The position numbers were made by a program, and so were the translations under genes. A stretch of DNA of 64,000 nucleotides, taken from sequence record PP968062.1; one strand, written 5' to 3'. The notes under the pieces are model-generated. The model was not told the origin of the DNA. It saw only the letters and a program-made list of their open reading frames with translations, and searched no databases. Positions 18,793 to 28,559 of this stretch are shown one piece after another (the stretch's first letter is position 1; every line of letters starts with the position of its first letter).

Positions 18793-20100
18793 TTAGGACA
18801 GTTCTTCTACGCTGGACTTAGCCACGACCATGTAGTTGACGTTCTTGAAGTAAGCGCTTGCATAGATCACGTTATCACGGATCATACGAGATACACCTTG
18901 AGGAACGGAACTATAACGAGTCATCCCTTCAGCTGCTTTTAACAGCTTCGAGAACAGCATCATCCATTCAATCGTTTCAGGCGAAGATTTGTTGATATCA
19001 CCAGTGTCATTAGTTACCAGTTGATAGTCTTTAAACTTCTGCGAGAATTGAGTGATGCCATTACGGTTCTGCGGGTTACCCAGCACAGAGAATGCAATGG
19101 ACTTGTAGGTGTTCGAAGAGAGTTCGAACTTGTTGTCTACGTAGGTCTGAGTATAACCAGGACCACGTGCAGTGCGACGGATCAGGGGCAGACGCTTGCG
19201 ATGGTCAACAGTAGGACTGTAAGTACCAGCACGATAGTCAGCTTGTTCGATGGAATACTGGTTCCAGAACGGAGTAAAGATGAACTCGGTCGTCATGAAC
19301 AGGTCAGGAAGAATAACTTCCCAGTCAGTCCGAGGATGAGTAGAGTCTTTCAGGAGTTCTTCAACGATCTTGTCCTTAATAAGGTCAGGGTTGTTACCTG
19401 CCTCACCATAGACGATCGCAATCCAGTAAGCCGGGAAACGCATGCTGTCATCACGAGGGTTGTGATATTCGAACATGAATGCCCGTTGATGGGTGTACGG
19501 ATACTGGGCACGCTTGGCTTGTACTTCCTCAATCTTTTCGACGAGGTCGTAATCAGCTAGCAACTGCTTAACGATAAGAGGGTCTTTGAAGAAGTCATCA
19601 AACGGAACGATCGGGTGAACGATCTCGATTACGTATTCATCGTACTGTGCTGCAAACGATTCGTCTGCAAGCCAAATGTTCATCTGGTTAGCTTCAGTGC
19701 CTACCAGTACGAACTCAACCCACTCGGGCATCCAGATACTACCGTTAGAGATCATTTGACCGCTACGGAAAGTCTTGATGACACCGTTGAATTCTGCCAT
19801 TACCAGCTGACGCAGTACGTTCGGATCAGAACCGATTGTACCAGCGATAGACTGCTGATAAATATATTCCCCAAGCTTCAGAACTTGATCTTTATTGTTA
19901 CCGGCAACATCAACGACGTTTCCATCCTTTACGCTATGAAAAGAAACAAAAACAACGTTTGGTGCGGACGTACCGGTGTGGAAAGTCTTGTCCTTTGCAT
20001 AGGTTGCGCTGTTCGACGAAAGTTCGCCGAGCTTCGCTACAGTTTCTGGGGCATTCGAAATGAGTGCAGGGAAACTATAAAAGCCTTTCAAATTGTACAT
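18793..20100 (-). CDS. Virion structural protein (435 aa, conserved phiKZ-like)
   Basis: Long ORF at the conserved position between the RNase H and head-protein genes. Confidence 0.65.
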   Translation of the reverse strand: MYNLKGFYSFPALISNAPETVAKLGELSSNSATYAKDKTFHTGTSAPNVVFVSFHSVKDGNVVDVAGNNKDQVLKLGEYIYQQSIAGTIGSDPNVLRQLVMAEFNGVIKTFRSGQMISNGSIWMPEWVEFVLVGTEANQMNIWLADESFAAQYDEYVIEIVHPIVPFDDFFKDPLIVKQLLADYDLVEKIEEVQAKRAQYPYTHQRAFMFEYHNPRDDSMRFPAYWIAIVYGEAGNNPDLIKDKIVEELLKDSTHPRTDWEVILPDLFMTTEFIFTPFWNQYSIEQADYRAGTYSPTVDHRKRLPLIRRTARGPGYTQTYVDNKFELSSNTYKSIAFSVLGNPQNRNGITQFSQKFKDYQLVTNDTGDINKSSPETIEWMMLFSKLLKAAEGMTRYSSVPQGVSRMIRDNVIYASAYFKNVNYMVVAKSSVEELS

Positions 20101-20289
20101 GTGCTATCCTCATGAGCGAGAGATCGATGGTCTTCCATCTATAAAATCAGTCACTCCGCTTGTGCTTAATTAAAACGTCGGGTATACTAATGCTTTTACA
20201 CGGTTAGTATATTGTCTTCAATGTCTATTGATCTCAGCCATCCACGGCTTTTATGGGTAGGCGCAATGTCTAACTGAACAGAGGATATC

Positions 20290-20577
20290 ATGCTCAGTTT
20301 AACTGCAAAAGCCTTGCTCCTGTTGTGGCCCTTCCTTAAGCGCGCGATCTTCGGTGACCGCACTGTTCGGGAAGTGATGCTGGAAAACAAGCACGTTACG
20401 TTTATGTTTGCGATGGTACTGGTATTGGCCATGTCGCTCATGTTAACTATCGGCGAGTTGAATGATGTTAAGTCAGAGAACTGGAAGTTGAAACAACGTC
20501 CTGAGTGTGTTTGCGAGGTCAACTCGATTGAGTCGCTTCAGGCTCGTCGTAAACTTCTTGGTGAAATTCTGAAATAA
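20290..20577 (+). CDS. Inner-membrane protein with periplasmic coiled coil, i-spanin-like (95 aa)
   Basis: SD gagga; helix FMFAMVLVLAMSLMLTI; CxC; followed by a lipoprotein gene. Confidence 0.5.
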   Translation: MLSLTAKALLLLWPFLKRAIFGDRTVREVMLENKHVTFMFAMVLVLAMSLMLTIGELNDVKSENWKLKQRPECVCEVNSIESLQARRKLLGEILK

Positions 20578-20603
20578 CCTTTAATGGGCTATAGGTGAAC
20601 CAC

Positions 20604-21014
20604 ATGTCTAAAAAATATTTGCTAGTACTTTGTTTGATTCTTTCTGGTTGCATGATTTATGCACCTAAGTACACCACACAGACTGTGGTTCAACAAGAGA
20701 CAACTTCCAGTTGGGAATATATCCAACCGCAAACTAAAACAATAACGGAAGTGAAAGAACGAGTTATACAAACACCAGTCACAGAACAAAAGCGTCCGTT
20801 AGCAAGCTGTGAACCGTTTGTACTCCCACGGACTGCGTCACTCCCGGAGAAACCGAACGAAGAAGAATTGGCGAGTGCGTCAACTTCAGAAGAAATCGAT
20901 CGGAGACTCTCGGAATACGTAGACGAACTTCGTCAGTACAATGTTGCCGAACGATCTAAAATTGAGCAAGCCCACCAAAAGTGGTTAGATCGCTGTCAAA
21001 GAAAACTCAACTGA
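20604..21014 (+). CDS. Lipoprotein, o-spanin-like
   Basis: MSKKYLLVLCLILSG|C lipobox; Pro-rich CEPFVLP..LPEKP; C-terminal helix with Cys. Confidence 0.65.
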   Translation: MSKKYLLVLCLILSGCMIYAPKYTTQTVVQQETTSSWEYIQPQTKTITEVKERVIQTPVTEQKRPLASCEPFVLPRTASLPEKPNEEELASASTSEEIDRRLSEYVDELRQYNVAERSKIEQAHQKWLDRCQRKLN

Positions 21015-21056
21015 TTTATAATTTAGTTAAGAATCTGTTGACAGAGGTAAAAAACG

Positions 21057-22502
21057 ATGTGCGACGGTATAGTGCTTTACACCGATGGATCATTCCGTCA
21101 GGGTCTAGCAGGTTGGGGAGTCCATGGTTACACTTACACCAACGATCCGATGAAATCGAAAGCCGCTACTAAACAGCAGCCTACGGCATCGGGTTATCAG
21201 GATGTCGGTGCCGAGGATACATGTACAGTTATTGAATATATCGACTCCTTCGGTAAGGTGGTCGATAATCCGACGAATAACACTGCTGAGCTTAGTGCTG
21301 CGATTAACGGCTTTATGATTGCCGATGCTTCTAAGGCAAACAAGCTGACCATGTTAATGGACAGTGAGTATGTTCGTAAGGGGCTTGAATCTTATCTTCC
21401 TAAATGGATTAAAAACAATTGGGTGAAGGTAGACGGTAATCCAGTAGCCAACAAAGATCTATGGATTGCTCTGAACCAGCAAAAAATGGACTGGCTTAAG
21501 AACGGCCGTAAACTGGAACTCAAGTGGGTTAAAGGCCACTCGGGAGATATGGGTAATGAGAAAGCCGATGTCAACGCACTTCGCGGAGGCGGTGCTTCGG
21601 TTACACCAAAAACAGTTAAAGTTGAAGGCGCAGCCATCAACAAGCTGAAGAAAGTTCAGATGAATCCACTGATCATGGAATCTCGTCTGCTCTTTGGAAT
21701 CAACAGTGGGAAACCCTCGGATGGGACCTACTACATGTACAACCTCGGAAGTATGCACAATGCTGGCCATCGTCCGCGGGATACAGCCAAAGACAAATTG
21801 GCAAAAGCAGACCTGCTACTTGGGAGAAGGATTTCCGAAGCGACCTTTGGAGTCTATAAATCTCGGGAACCAGACGAGTATTTAGAGAATCTAATTGAGC
21901 TACATACGAAAGCATTTGGGACTGACCTCCCAGAACTCGGTATTCTCAATCTGGGTAATGCTTGTGGAGCGAAACAGCGTCAACAAATCGAAAGCTTGGG
22001 ACTTGATGCTCTCATGCGCTTCGATGATATCTTCGTTCTTGCAACGCCAGATATGGGTCTCATTAGTAGGACTCTCAACCCACCCCGTATGGCTAACGAT
22101 GCGGTAAGCATGTTTAACGTGCTGGAACGTCGTCTGGCGGAATACACGGCGGGAACGATAGGAGAGTCGGTTCACAAAATCGACATTACCGACCATCTGT
22201 ACGAAACTGTACAATCCGGTAAGAAGACGGTTACTCAACTCAAGAAGTCTATCACCCAAAATACTCCACACCTTGATATTCCGATCGAGTACAAGGGACA
22301 GAAGGTTGCTGTTCGATTAGCATTGACAATTGACATTCCTTCCCGTAACCAGCTCGCTCGGATAAGTTGTGAGGGCATCAAGGTGGAAGTACTGATTGTG
22401 GCGACTGGACCGTTAGCCTATTCATACTCGACTGTGTTTGTAACTGATGATGGTTCTGCCATCTATGAAGCACCTTACACACAGTTCATTCTGAAAAAAT
22501 AG
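21057..22502 (+). CDS. rnhA: RNase HI with C-terminal extension (phiKZ gp155-like)
   Basis: LYTDGS, TNNTAEL, MDSEYV, NKDLW, WVKGHSG..GNEKAD. Confidence 0.95.
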   Translation: MCDGIVLYTDGSFRQGLAGWGVHGYTYTNDPMKSKAATKQQPTASGYQDVGAEDTCTVIEYIDSFGKVVDNPTNNTAELSAAINGFMIADASKANKLTMLMDSEYVRKGLESYLPKWIKNNWVKVDGNPVANKDLWIALNQQKMDWLKNGRKLELKWVKGHSGDMGNEKADVNALRGGGASVTPKTVKVEGAAINKLKKVQMNPLIMESRLLFGINSGKPSDGTYYMYNLGSMHNAGHRPRDTAKDKLAKADLLLGRRISEATFGVYKSREPDEYLENLIELHTKAFGTDLPELGILNLGNACGAKQRQQIESLGLDALMRFDDIFVLATPDMGLISRTLNPPRMANDAVSMFNVLERRLAEYTAGTIGESVHKIDITDHLYETVQSGKKTVTQLKKSITQNTPHLDIPIEYKGQKVAVRLALTIDIPSRNQLARISCEGIKVEVLIVATGPLAYSYSTVFVTDDGSAIYEAPYTQFILKK

Positions 22503-22512
22503 TGGGTAACTC

Positions 22513-22923
22513 ATGAGCCTTATTAGCAGATTCTTGAGGCTGGAAGAAAACCCGTTCAAGTTGTTCTGGATGTATATCTGGAAACACTTGGATAACGGCT
22601 TCAAACGGATGTGCGTAATGGCGTCATTGCATGCCGCACTGGTGCAGTGTCGCGATCACGAATGCGAGCGGATATCTTCGCTTAATTCAGTGATGCGTCT
22701 TGTGAGGGATGAAAGCGCCTTACGCCTACCAACGTTATTTGGACCCTACGTTTGGAAAGGCATCCTCCCTATCGAGAAGGTTGATCTTGAATCTGACAAG
22801 TACTTCGAAAGGATCGCTCGAAAGACTCCCTGCTGGCTTCTTTATACAGACAAGGAAACTTTCGTAAATGAACTTAAGCAATTGGTACACCATTGCATGA
22901 AGGAACGACAGGCGACAGCTTAA
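22513..22923 (+). CDS. Hypothetical protein (136 aa)
   Basis: Packed behind RNase H, ends at a hairpin. Confidence 0.7.
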   Translation: MSLISRFLRLEENPFKLFWMYIWKHLDNGFKRMCVMASLHAALVQCRDHECERISSLNSVMRLVRDESALRLPTLFGPYVWKGILPIEKVDLESDKYFERIARKTPCWLLYTDKETFVNELKQLVHHCMKERQATA

Positions 22924-22961
22924 CGGCATAAAGCCCCACCTACGGGTGGGGCAATATGTTG
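22924..22961. terminator. Bidirectional hairpin, conserved-flank family
   Basis: cggcataaagccccacc-tacg-ggtggggcaatatgttg. Confidence 0.8.
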
Positions 22962-22990
22962 TCTTAGGTAAAAGAATAGTGACAGCTTAA

Positions 22991-24004
22991 TTAAAGCTCA
23001 CGGAGTTGCTTTTCAGTGGCAGCCAGTACGTTGTTGGTTTCGATGATGCGTGTCATCTGAATGGAATACCATTCAACCCACTTAGCAACCTGGGTAAGTT
23101 CTTCGGACATCATCTTAGCGAATTCACTAGATGTCTTAACATCGCCGTCTTTACCGATACGTTCCATTAGTGCAGTTACGGTTTGGCTCAGAGCCTCTAC
23201 TGCACCCTTAACGGTGGATGTATCGCCACCTTTAAGGATAGAGTTGATTTCGAACATGTGCTGTTCAGATTCAACGAAATCATTCAGAGAGCTATACAGC
23301 TTACCGAAAGAAGCAGTCGATTGACGGTTAGCAGCAAAGAACTGAGCATCAGCTTTGATTAGCTGATCGATCGAATGATCAATATCGATACCGTATTGGA
23401 AGTCACGGCGTTCAGCACGATCTTCCGGAGTAGTTAGATAGTGACCAAAGCGTGCAGTTGCAGGCTTGATTACTTTCTCTACTACTTGAGCCATTACCTG
23501 AGCACGGCCAACCAAACCAGCGGTATAAGGGAGCATCTCACCTTTAAAGCCAGTCGGCTGAGGAACGATTTCTTTCTCTACTTCGAAGTAATCCAGAGTT
23601 ACAACGAAACCTTTCATGGAGAGAGGGTTCAGTGGTAGTAGGGGGTCGTAGTTCCACGTAGTCAGATAGCGGAAACCATCTTTGATATGGACACCCATGT
23701 TGGATACTTTACGAGAGAACCAGTTAGACACGTTACCGATGTAACCAGCTTCGGTGGAAATAGTACCGAGGGCATCGAATAGTTTGTCTGTAGGAGTTTG
23801 GTCGATCGGGAGAGCTTCAGTCTCCGGAGTCTGTTCCGCAGCTTGAGGACTACCTTCAGTGAAGAACTTGTTTTGAGAGCTATCAAAGATAACATCATCA
23901 GTCTGGATGTTTTCGTTGGAAGGCTTCTCAGCGTATTTGTTAATAAAACTATTTAGCATGGCTGTTTTCCTATGGTGTACAAGAGTTGCGAATTCTCTAA
24001 ACAT
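22991..24004 (-). CDS. Putative head protein with N-terminal propeptide (337 aa)
   Basis: Acidic N-terminus ending in ISTE|AG, a candidate protease site; conserved position next to UvsX. Confidence 0.6.
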   Translation of the reverse strand: MFREFATLVHHRKTAMLNSFINKYAEKPSNENIQTDDVIFDSSQNKFFTEGSPQAAEQTPETEALPIDQTPTDKLFDALGTISTEAGYIGNVSNWFSRKVSNMGVHIKDGFRYLTTWNYDPLLPLNPLSMKGFVVTLDYFEVEKEIVPQPTGFKGEMLPYTAGLVGRAQVMAQVVEKVIKPATARFGHYLTTPEDRAERRDFQYGIDIDHSIDQLIKADAQFFAANRQSTASFGKLYSSLNDFVESEQHMFEINSILKGGDTSTVKGAVEALSQTVTALMERIGKDGDVKTSSEFAKMMSEELTQVAKWVEWYSIQMTRIIETNNVLAATEKQLREL

Positions 24005-24061
24005 AAAATTACTCTCAATATCAATAAAGTGATTGGCTAATCACTAAAAAAGGTAATATCA

Positions 24062-25501
24062 ATGTTCGCGAAACACTTCCAACGTCCGGCCTTCCGTCCG
24101 GCGATCAACATCGGTTGTTTGATGGATGTCTCTACCGGTAAATATGAACAAGGTAAGCACGGTGAGATGATCTGCAACGGCGGCCTTGGTCCAATGACTG
24201 GTATCGCTTCCCGTCCTAACAACTTTAAAACAGCCCTGGCTGTTTATATGCTGGCGATGGTTCGTCGGGCAATGCCTGGTTCTCACGGCATGATCTATGA
24301 TACGGAGGGTACTCTTAACCCGGTGGCTCGTTTCAGTAGCCTGGCTGAACAGTTTAGCGATCTCCAGAAGATCGATTGGGAACACGATGAACAATTCATG
24401 TTCACTGACCTTTCTCGCTATACTGGTGACGAGTTCTTCAAACTCTTCCGTACTGCTCTGGGTGAGAAAGAGAAAGCAGAGAAAGAATATCAACGCACTA
24501 CTCCGTTCCTTGACGTTGAAGGTAACAATAAGAAGTGCATGTATCCGACTACTGGTCTGATCGATAGCTTTTCTAAGTTCATCGTTACTGCTGTTTCGGA
24601 TATGTACGAAAAGAACGCCATTGGTGCTTCCGGTAACAACACCGACGCAATGACCAACGGTAAGGCAAAGAACCAGCTGTTCAACCAACTGCCTCAGGTA
24701 TGTGCTAAGACTGGTACTTACATCGTACTGACTGCACACACTGGTGACATCATCCAAATGGAGATGTACCCGACTGACAAACGTAACCTTTCTCACATGA
24801 AGAAAGATACCGTTCTGAAAGGTGTGAGCTCTGGCTTCTACTCGCTACCTAACAACGTGTTCTCTATCGAATCGAATAAGCCTCTGATCAACAAAGAGAA
24901 GATGCCGCTGTATCCGATCGATAACTCCACGGCTATGGAAGGTGACACTGACCTTAAGATCCTCGAAGTAATGAACCTTCGTGGTAAAGGTGGTATCACT
25001 GGTCTTCCATTCCACATCGTGGTATCGCAGACTGAAGGTGTACTCCCGTCACTGACCGAGTTCCACTACTGCAAAGAGAATGGTTGGGGTATTGGCGGTA
25101 ACCTGCTGAACTACTACATTGAACTCTGTCCGGATATCAAGCTTAGTCGTACCACTGTACGTAAGAAGCTGATGGAAAATGAATCTCTTCGTCGCGCTGT
25201 TGAAATTCAATCTGAGATGCTTCAACTGATTCAGTTCCAACGTTGGACAGCTGAAGACGTGTGCGATCCGAAGACACTGTACGAAGATCTGAAAGCAATG
25301 GGTTACGATTGGGATAATATCCTGACCAATACTCGTGGCTATTGGATGTGTGAAGAAGACGAAGCTCTCACTGAGAAGAAGTTCCTCTCCACCTACGATC
25401 TTCTGCGCATGCGTACCGGTGATTACAAACCTTACTGGATGACCGATGATGAACGTGCTAAAATTATTCCGCTGGATCTGGCCAAAGCCAAAGCAGCCTA
25501 A
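24062..25501 (+). CDS. uvsX: UvsX/RecA-like recombinase (phiKZ gp152-like)
   Basis: Divergent P-loop GIASRPNNFKT, YDTEGT, Walker B LIDSFS, VLTAH. Confidence 0.85.
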   Translation: MFAKHFQRPAFRPAINIGCLMDVSTGKYEQGKHGEMICNGGLGPMTGIASRPNNFKTALAVYMLAMVRRAMPGSHGMIYDTEGTLNPVARFSSLAEQFSDLQKIDWEHDEQFMFTDLSRYTGDEFFKLFRTALGEKEKAEKEYQRTTPFLDVEGNNKKCMYPTTGLIDSFSKFIVTAVSDMYEKNAIGASGNNTDAMTNGKAKNQLFNQLPQVCAKTGTYIVLTAHTGDIIQMEMYPTDKRNLSHMKKDTVLKGVSSGFYSLPNNVFSIESNKPLINKEKMPLYPIDNSTAMEGDTDLKILEVMNLRGKGGITGLPFHIVVSQTEGVLPSLTEFHYCKENGWGIGGNLLNYYIELCPDIKLSRTTVRKKLMENESLRRAVEIQSEMLQLIQFQRWTAEDVCDPKTLYEDLKAMGYDWDNILTNTRGYWMCEEDEALTEKKFLSTYDLLRMRTGDYKPYWMTDDERAKIIPLDLAKAKAA

Positions 25502-25850
25502 GGAAGGGGTCGTAATAGTCGACCCTATCCCGTCTGACCGAAGTCAACTAGGTTCTATTCACGATGCAGTTCCTCATATGCAGGAACTAGGCATTAATGA
25601 TCATAGCGATCTGATGGTGGATTCGAAACAGAACGATTGGTACAGTCGTTACAGAAACAGTCCGCAATACCAGCCAGTTATTGCACCACTGATCACGAGA
25701 CGTCCTATAACGCATCAGGGAGGCCGTGGATACGCTTCTGGACGCGGAGCTGAGGATTTGGACCTGAGTGACACAGTCTTTTCTGTAGAGGTCGCTGCGG
25801 CCCTTACCACTGATAGTAGTTCTCCCAGTGATTCTACTAGCTATGATTAA
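25446..25850 (+). CDS. Hypothetical protein with Ser-rich tail (134 aa); start uncertain
   Basis: Amphipathic N-terminus LKLFRWIW, tail DSSSPSDSTSYD, ends at a hairpin; overlaps UvsX by 56 nt. Confidence 0.55.
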   Translation: MMNVLKLFRWIWPKPKQPKEGVVIVDPIPSDRSQLGSIHDAVPHMQELGINDHSDLMVDSKQNDWYSRYRNSPQYQPVIAPLITRRPITHQGGRGYASGRGAEDLDLSDTVFSVEVAAALTTDSSSPSDSTSYD

Positions 25851-25884
25851 CAACATAGACGGGAGCTCGCGCTCCCTCTATGCC
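25851..25884 (+). terminator. Hairpin, conserved-flank family
   Basis: caacatagacgggagc-tcgc-gctccctctatgcc. Confidence 0.65.
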
Positions 25885-25898
25885 AAGTAGGTATCCCA

Positions 25899-26246
25899 AT
25901 GAACGTCTATACTTATCAAATCGCTAAATGGCGAAAGGTTAGACGGAAGCACATCTTTCCCTTGGATACAACTATAAAGAGTGGCGAAGAGCTATTAGCC
26001 CCTACCTGGAATATGGTAATGGGCCATAAAGCCGGAACGATCACTGACGAACAATACGAGGAGGTCTATATGGACCTTCTTGCCGAACGCTACGTAGCGT
26101 TCCCAGATTACTTCGAGTGGCTAACTGGGTTGGAAGAGGTTGCACTAGGATGTTACTGTCCAGCCGGAAAGTTCTGCCACCGACATTTGCTTGTTAAATT
26201 CTTAAAAGAAATAGTAGAGGTAAACTACCTAGGCGAAATAGAGTAG
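25899..26246 (+). CDS. DUF488-family protein (115 aa)
   Basis: LAPTW, Y..VY..LL, LGCYCP...CHRHLL. Confidence 0.75.
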   Translation: MNVYTYQIAKWRKVRRKHIFPLDTTIKSGEELLAPTWNMVMGHKAGTITDEQYEEVYMDLLAERYVAFPDYFEWLTGLEEVALGCYCPAGKFCHRHLLVKFLKEIVEVNYLGEIE

Positions 26247-26267
26247 TTACCTGATCAGGAAATTCCC

Positions 26268-26588
26268 ATGACTAACACCATTGATTACCGCGCTGTTATT
26301 TTCCAGCGTACTCGTGCCGTTGACGTTGAGGTTGCAGAGGATCTGTACCGACGTATGCCTGTTATCACCGATCTGGCAAACCTTAACCAGTTCTTCCATT
26401 TACTGTTGGCTCAATACAAGATCAACACTTTGGAACTACGGTGCACTCTTAACGAAGTGAATGACTTTGAAGTGTGGTGGCGGAATTTCTCCACTAACTT
26501 CATTCCTCTCTTCCGTAAGAAGCGCCTCCCTCCCTGTACTGATACCGCAGCGATGCCCATGTATCACTGCGAGTCTAAATCAATCTGA
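26268..26588 (+). CDS. Hypothetical protein (106 aa)
   Basis: SD agga; directly upstream of the RNAP subunit. Confidence 0.7.
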   Translation: MTNTIDYRAVIFQRTRAVDVEVAEDLYRRMPVITDLANLNQFFHLLLAQYKINTLELRCTLNEVNDFEVWWRNFSTNFIPLFRKKRLPPCTDTAAMPMYHCESKSI

Positions 26589-26623
26589 GTAATCGTATGC
26601 TCTTTTGATTTATAGAGGTGATC

Positions 26624-27298
26624 ATGAAGCCCAATCGTAAAGTCCTTGAACAAGAGATTCTCTATTTCATCGACATGTTCCGACCTGGGAGTGAAAACGT
26701 TAAGATCTATCAGGAACTCTTTGATCGTTACTCGGACGAAGAGTTCTTTGAATGGATGGAACGTTTAGAGGCTGGCGAAGTACTGGCTCTCTATGCTCCC
26801 AACCTAGAAGAACCAACTCTGAGCATTGCACAGAACTATAAAGTCGCTGATGCCCTTGGATTTGAGCTCTTCCAACACCTGATCCTAACTGACCCAGGTA
26901 CTGGTCAAGTATATAAGACTCAGAATAAACACCTTGTCGGTATGGTGCCTCTGCGTCGACAAGTACAGATGCTAGCTAAGAAGGCTTCTATTCCCGGCTC
27001 TAACACGGTCGTGGATGAACGTTCTGGTCAAGCGACTGGTGACAGTAAGGGTGCACGACTATCCGCTCCAGAGATCCAGGTTAACGCCTCTAAAGGTCTT
27101 AACAACATGGTTCTTGAACTTATTAAGTTCCGTGGTGGCGACGAGAAGGCGTACAACGCCATGAACCGTTCTATCATTGAAACTGGTGAAGCCTCTCTGG
27201 ATTCTATTATGGCTGAGACGCCTTCGCAAGTTAAGTCTAACAAGACCATGTCTGTCTATCTGAAGGCTATGCACTTGCAGAACAACCTCGTGGGGTAA
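26624..27298 (+). CDS. Virion RNA polymerase beta C-terminal subunit (phiKZ gp149-like)
   Basis: LRRQVQMLAKK, GQATGDSKGARLSAPE and RGGD correspond to RpoB C-terminal motifs. Confidence 0.85.
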   Translation: MKPNRKVLEQEILYFIDMFRPGSENVKIYQELFDRYSDEEFFEWMERLEAGEVLALYAPNLEEPTLSIAQNYKVADALGFELFQHLILTDPGTGQVYKTQNKHLVGMVPLRRQVQMLAKKASIPGSNTVVDERSGQATGDSKGARLSAPEIQVNASKGLNNMVLELIKFRGGDEKAYNAMNRSIIETGEASLDSIMAETPSQVKSNKTMSVYLKAMHLQNNLVG

Positions 27299-27300
27299 CA

Positions 27301-27777
27301 ATGGCTATTAACAATCCAGAAGCAGGTATTAGCGAAGTATTGCAGAATGCCCTAGGGGTTGCTATTAGTGAACTGGTATCTGTCGATGACTCTTTAGTTG
27401 TTGCACAGATCCTAGAGCATATTAGCGAACTTCGAAACAACATGATGATCTCCAGTTTTAACGATCGAGTTATCATCAATCAGATTTGGAGCGGTATCCG
27501 TTCTAAGCAAGATGTACTAGGTAGCTTACTGTCTACTGTTACGACCTTCACCATGGAGATCGAGAACGTAGATGTAGCTATTGAATATCTCTGTAAACGA
27601 ATCGTACCGTTTACTCCAGATTCGGCAATGGTTGACCGTGAACTACTGGGTAAGGCTGCTAATGTAGACGAGCTCTATGGTACGTTCCAACAGAATCATT
27701 GGTTGTTCTTCCTTGTGTATGCTTCTACACAACTTCGCCATGTTAACAACATTATTGCACAGGCGAAAATAGCATGA
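27301..27777 (+). CDS. Hypothetical protein (158 aa)
   Basis: Packed in the operon; ATGA overlap downstream. Confidence 0.75.
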   Translation: MAINNPEAGISEVLQNALGVAISELVSVDDSLVVAQILEHISELRNNMMISSFNDRVIINQIWSGIRSKQDVLGSLLSTVTTFTMEIENVDVAIEYLCKRIVPFTPDSAMVDRELLGKAANVDELYGTFQQNHWLFFLVYASTQLRHVNNIIAQAKIA

Positions 27778-28535
27778 TCAAACGTATTCTGGTTCCTCTT
27801 GATGTATTACTCGACACTCGTTTGGGTGTCATGCGTACGCTTAACAAGGAGGCAGCAGAACGATTGGTTTCCACAAAGGAATATTGGCTTCGTGAAAATG
27901 ACGACTGGACTGCCTTAACAGGCGGTCTAGTTACCACGGAGCAATTCAAAGAAGCTTATGCTGATCGTGGTGGGGATAACTCCGCTGATACTATCAACGC
28001 TTCTATCCTAACAGGTATCAGTCCGTTCTTGATGCGTATCCTTGCAGAAGACCATGTAAACAGAATGGATAACATGGGTAACCCTGAAGACGAGATTGGT
28101 TTAACCATTAACGTCTGGCCGTATAAACTCCCTGGAGATGTTGTCGATGATCTAGAGACAATTATCCAAGAGATCTATGGTGAGGAAATGCCCGTCGAAG
28201 TGGTTAGTCATCCTCTAGAGGAACTTACTCCTAAATTTCTGGATGCTCTCTACTCAATGTATCTTACTTATGATTTCCATGAGTGGATGCATACGCATTA
28301 TCTGGCTCTGTCTCAAGTACAGATGCCATGCTTTAACTTTATCGGACCTAAGCTATTCGAACGTGATGTTAGTAAACTCACCGTAGAAGAGAAGAAATTC
28401 GAACTATTCAAGTTCCGTGTTGAACGTTTGATTCATATGGACTTTGAATTCATTGATGCTAAATATTTCTCTATGTTAAGGCCCGGAGAAAATGGTATCG
28501 AGTTAGAACAAGACGACATAAAAGCCCAGGGTTGA
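27774..28535 (+). CDS. Conserved hypothetical protein, possible HAD-like fold (253 aa)
   Basis: N-terminal ILVPLDVLLDT resembles HAD motif I; stop lies inside a hairpin. Confidence 0.6.
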   Translation: MIKRILVPLDVLLDTRLGVMRTLNKEAAERLVSTKEYWLRENDDWTALTGGLVTTEQFKEAYADRGGDNSADTINASILTGISPFLMRILAEDHVNRMDNMGNPEDEIGLTINVWPYKLPGDVVDDLETIIQEIYGEEMPVEVVSHPLEELTPKFLDALYSMYLTYDFHEWMHTHYLALSQVQMPCFNFIGPKLFERDVSKLTVEEKKFELFKFRVERLIHMDFEFIDAKYFSMLRPGENGIELEQDDIKAQG

Positions 28536-28553
28536 TCCCTGGGCTTTATGCCG
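28514..28553. terminator. Bidirectional hairpin, conserved-flank family
   Basis: cgacataaaagcccaggg-ttgat-ccctgggctttatgccg. Confidence 0.8.
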
Positions 28554-28559
28554 CTATTA

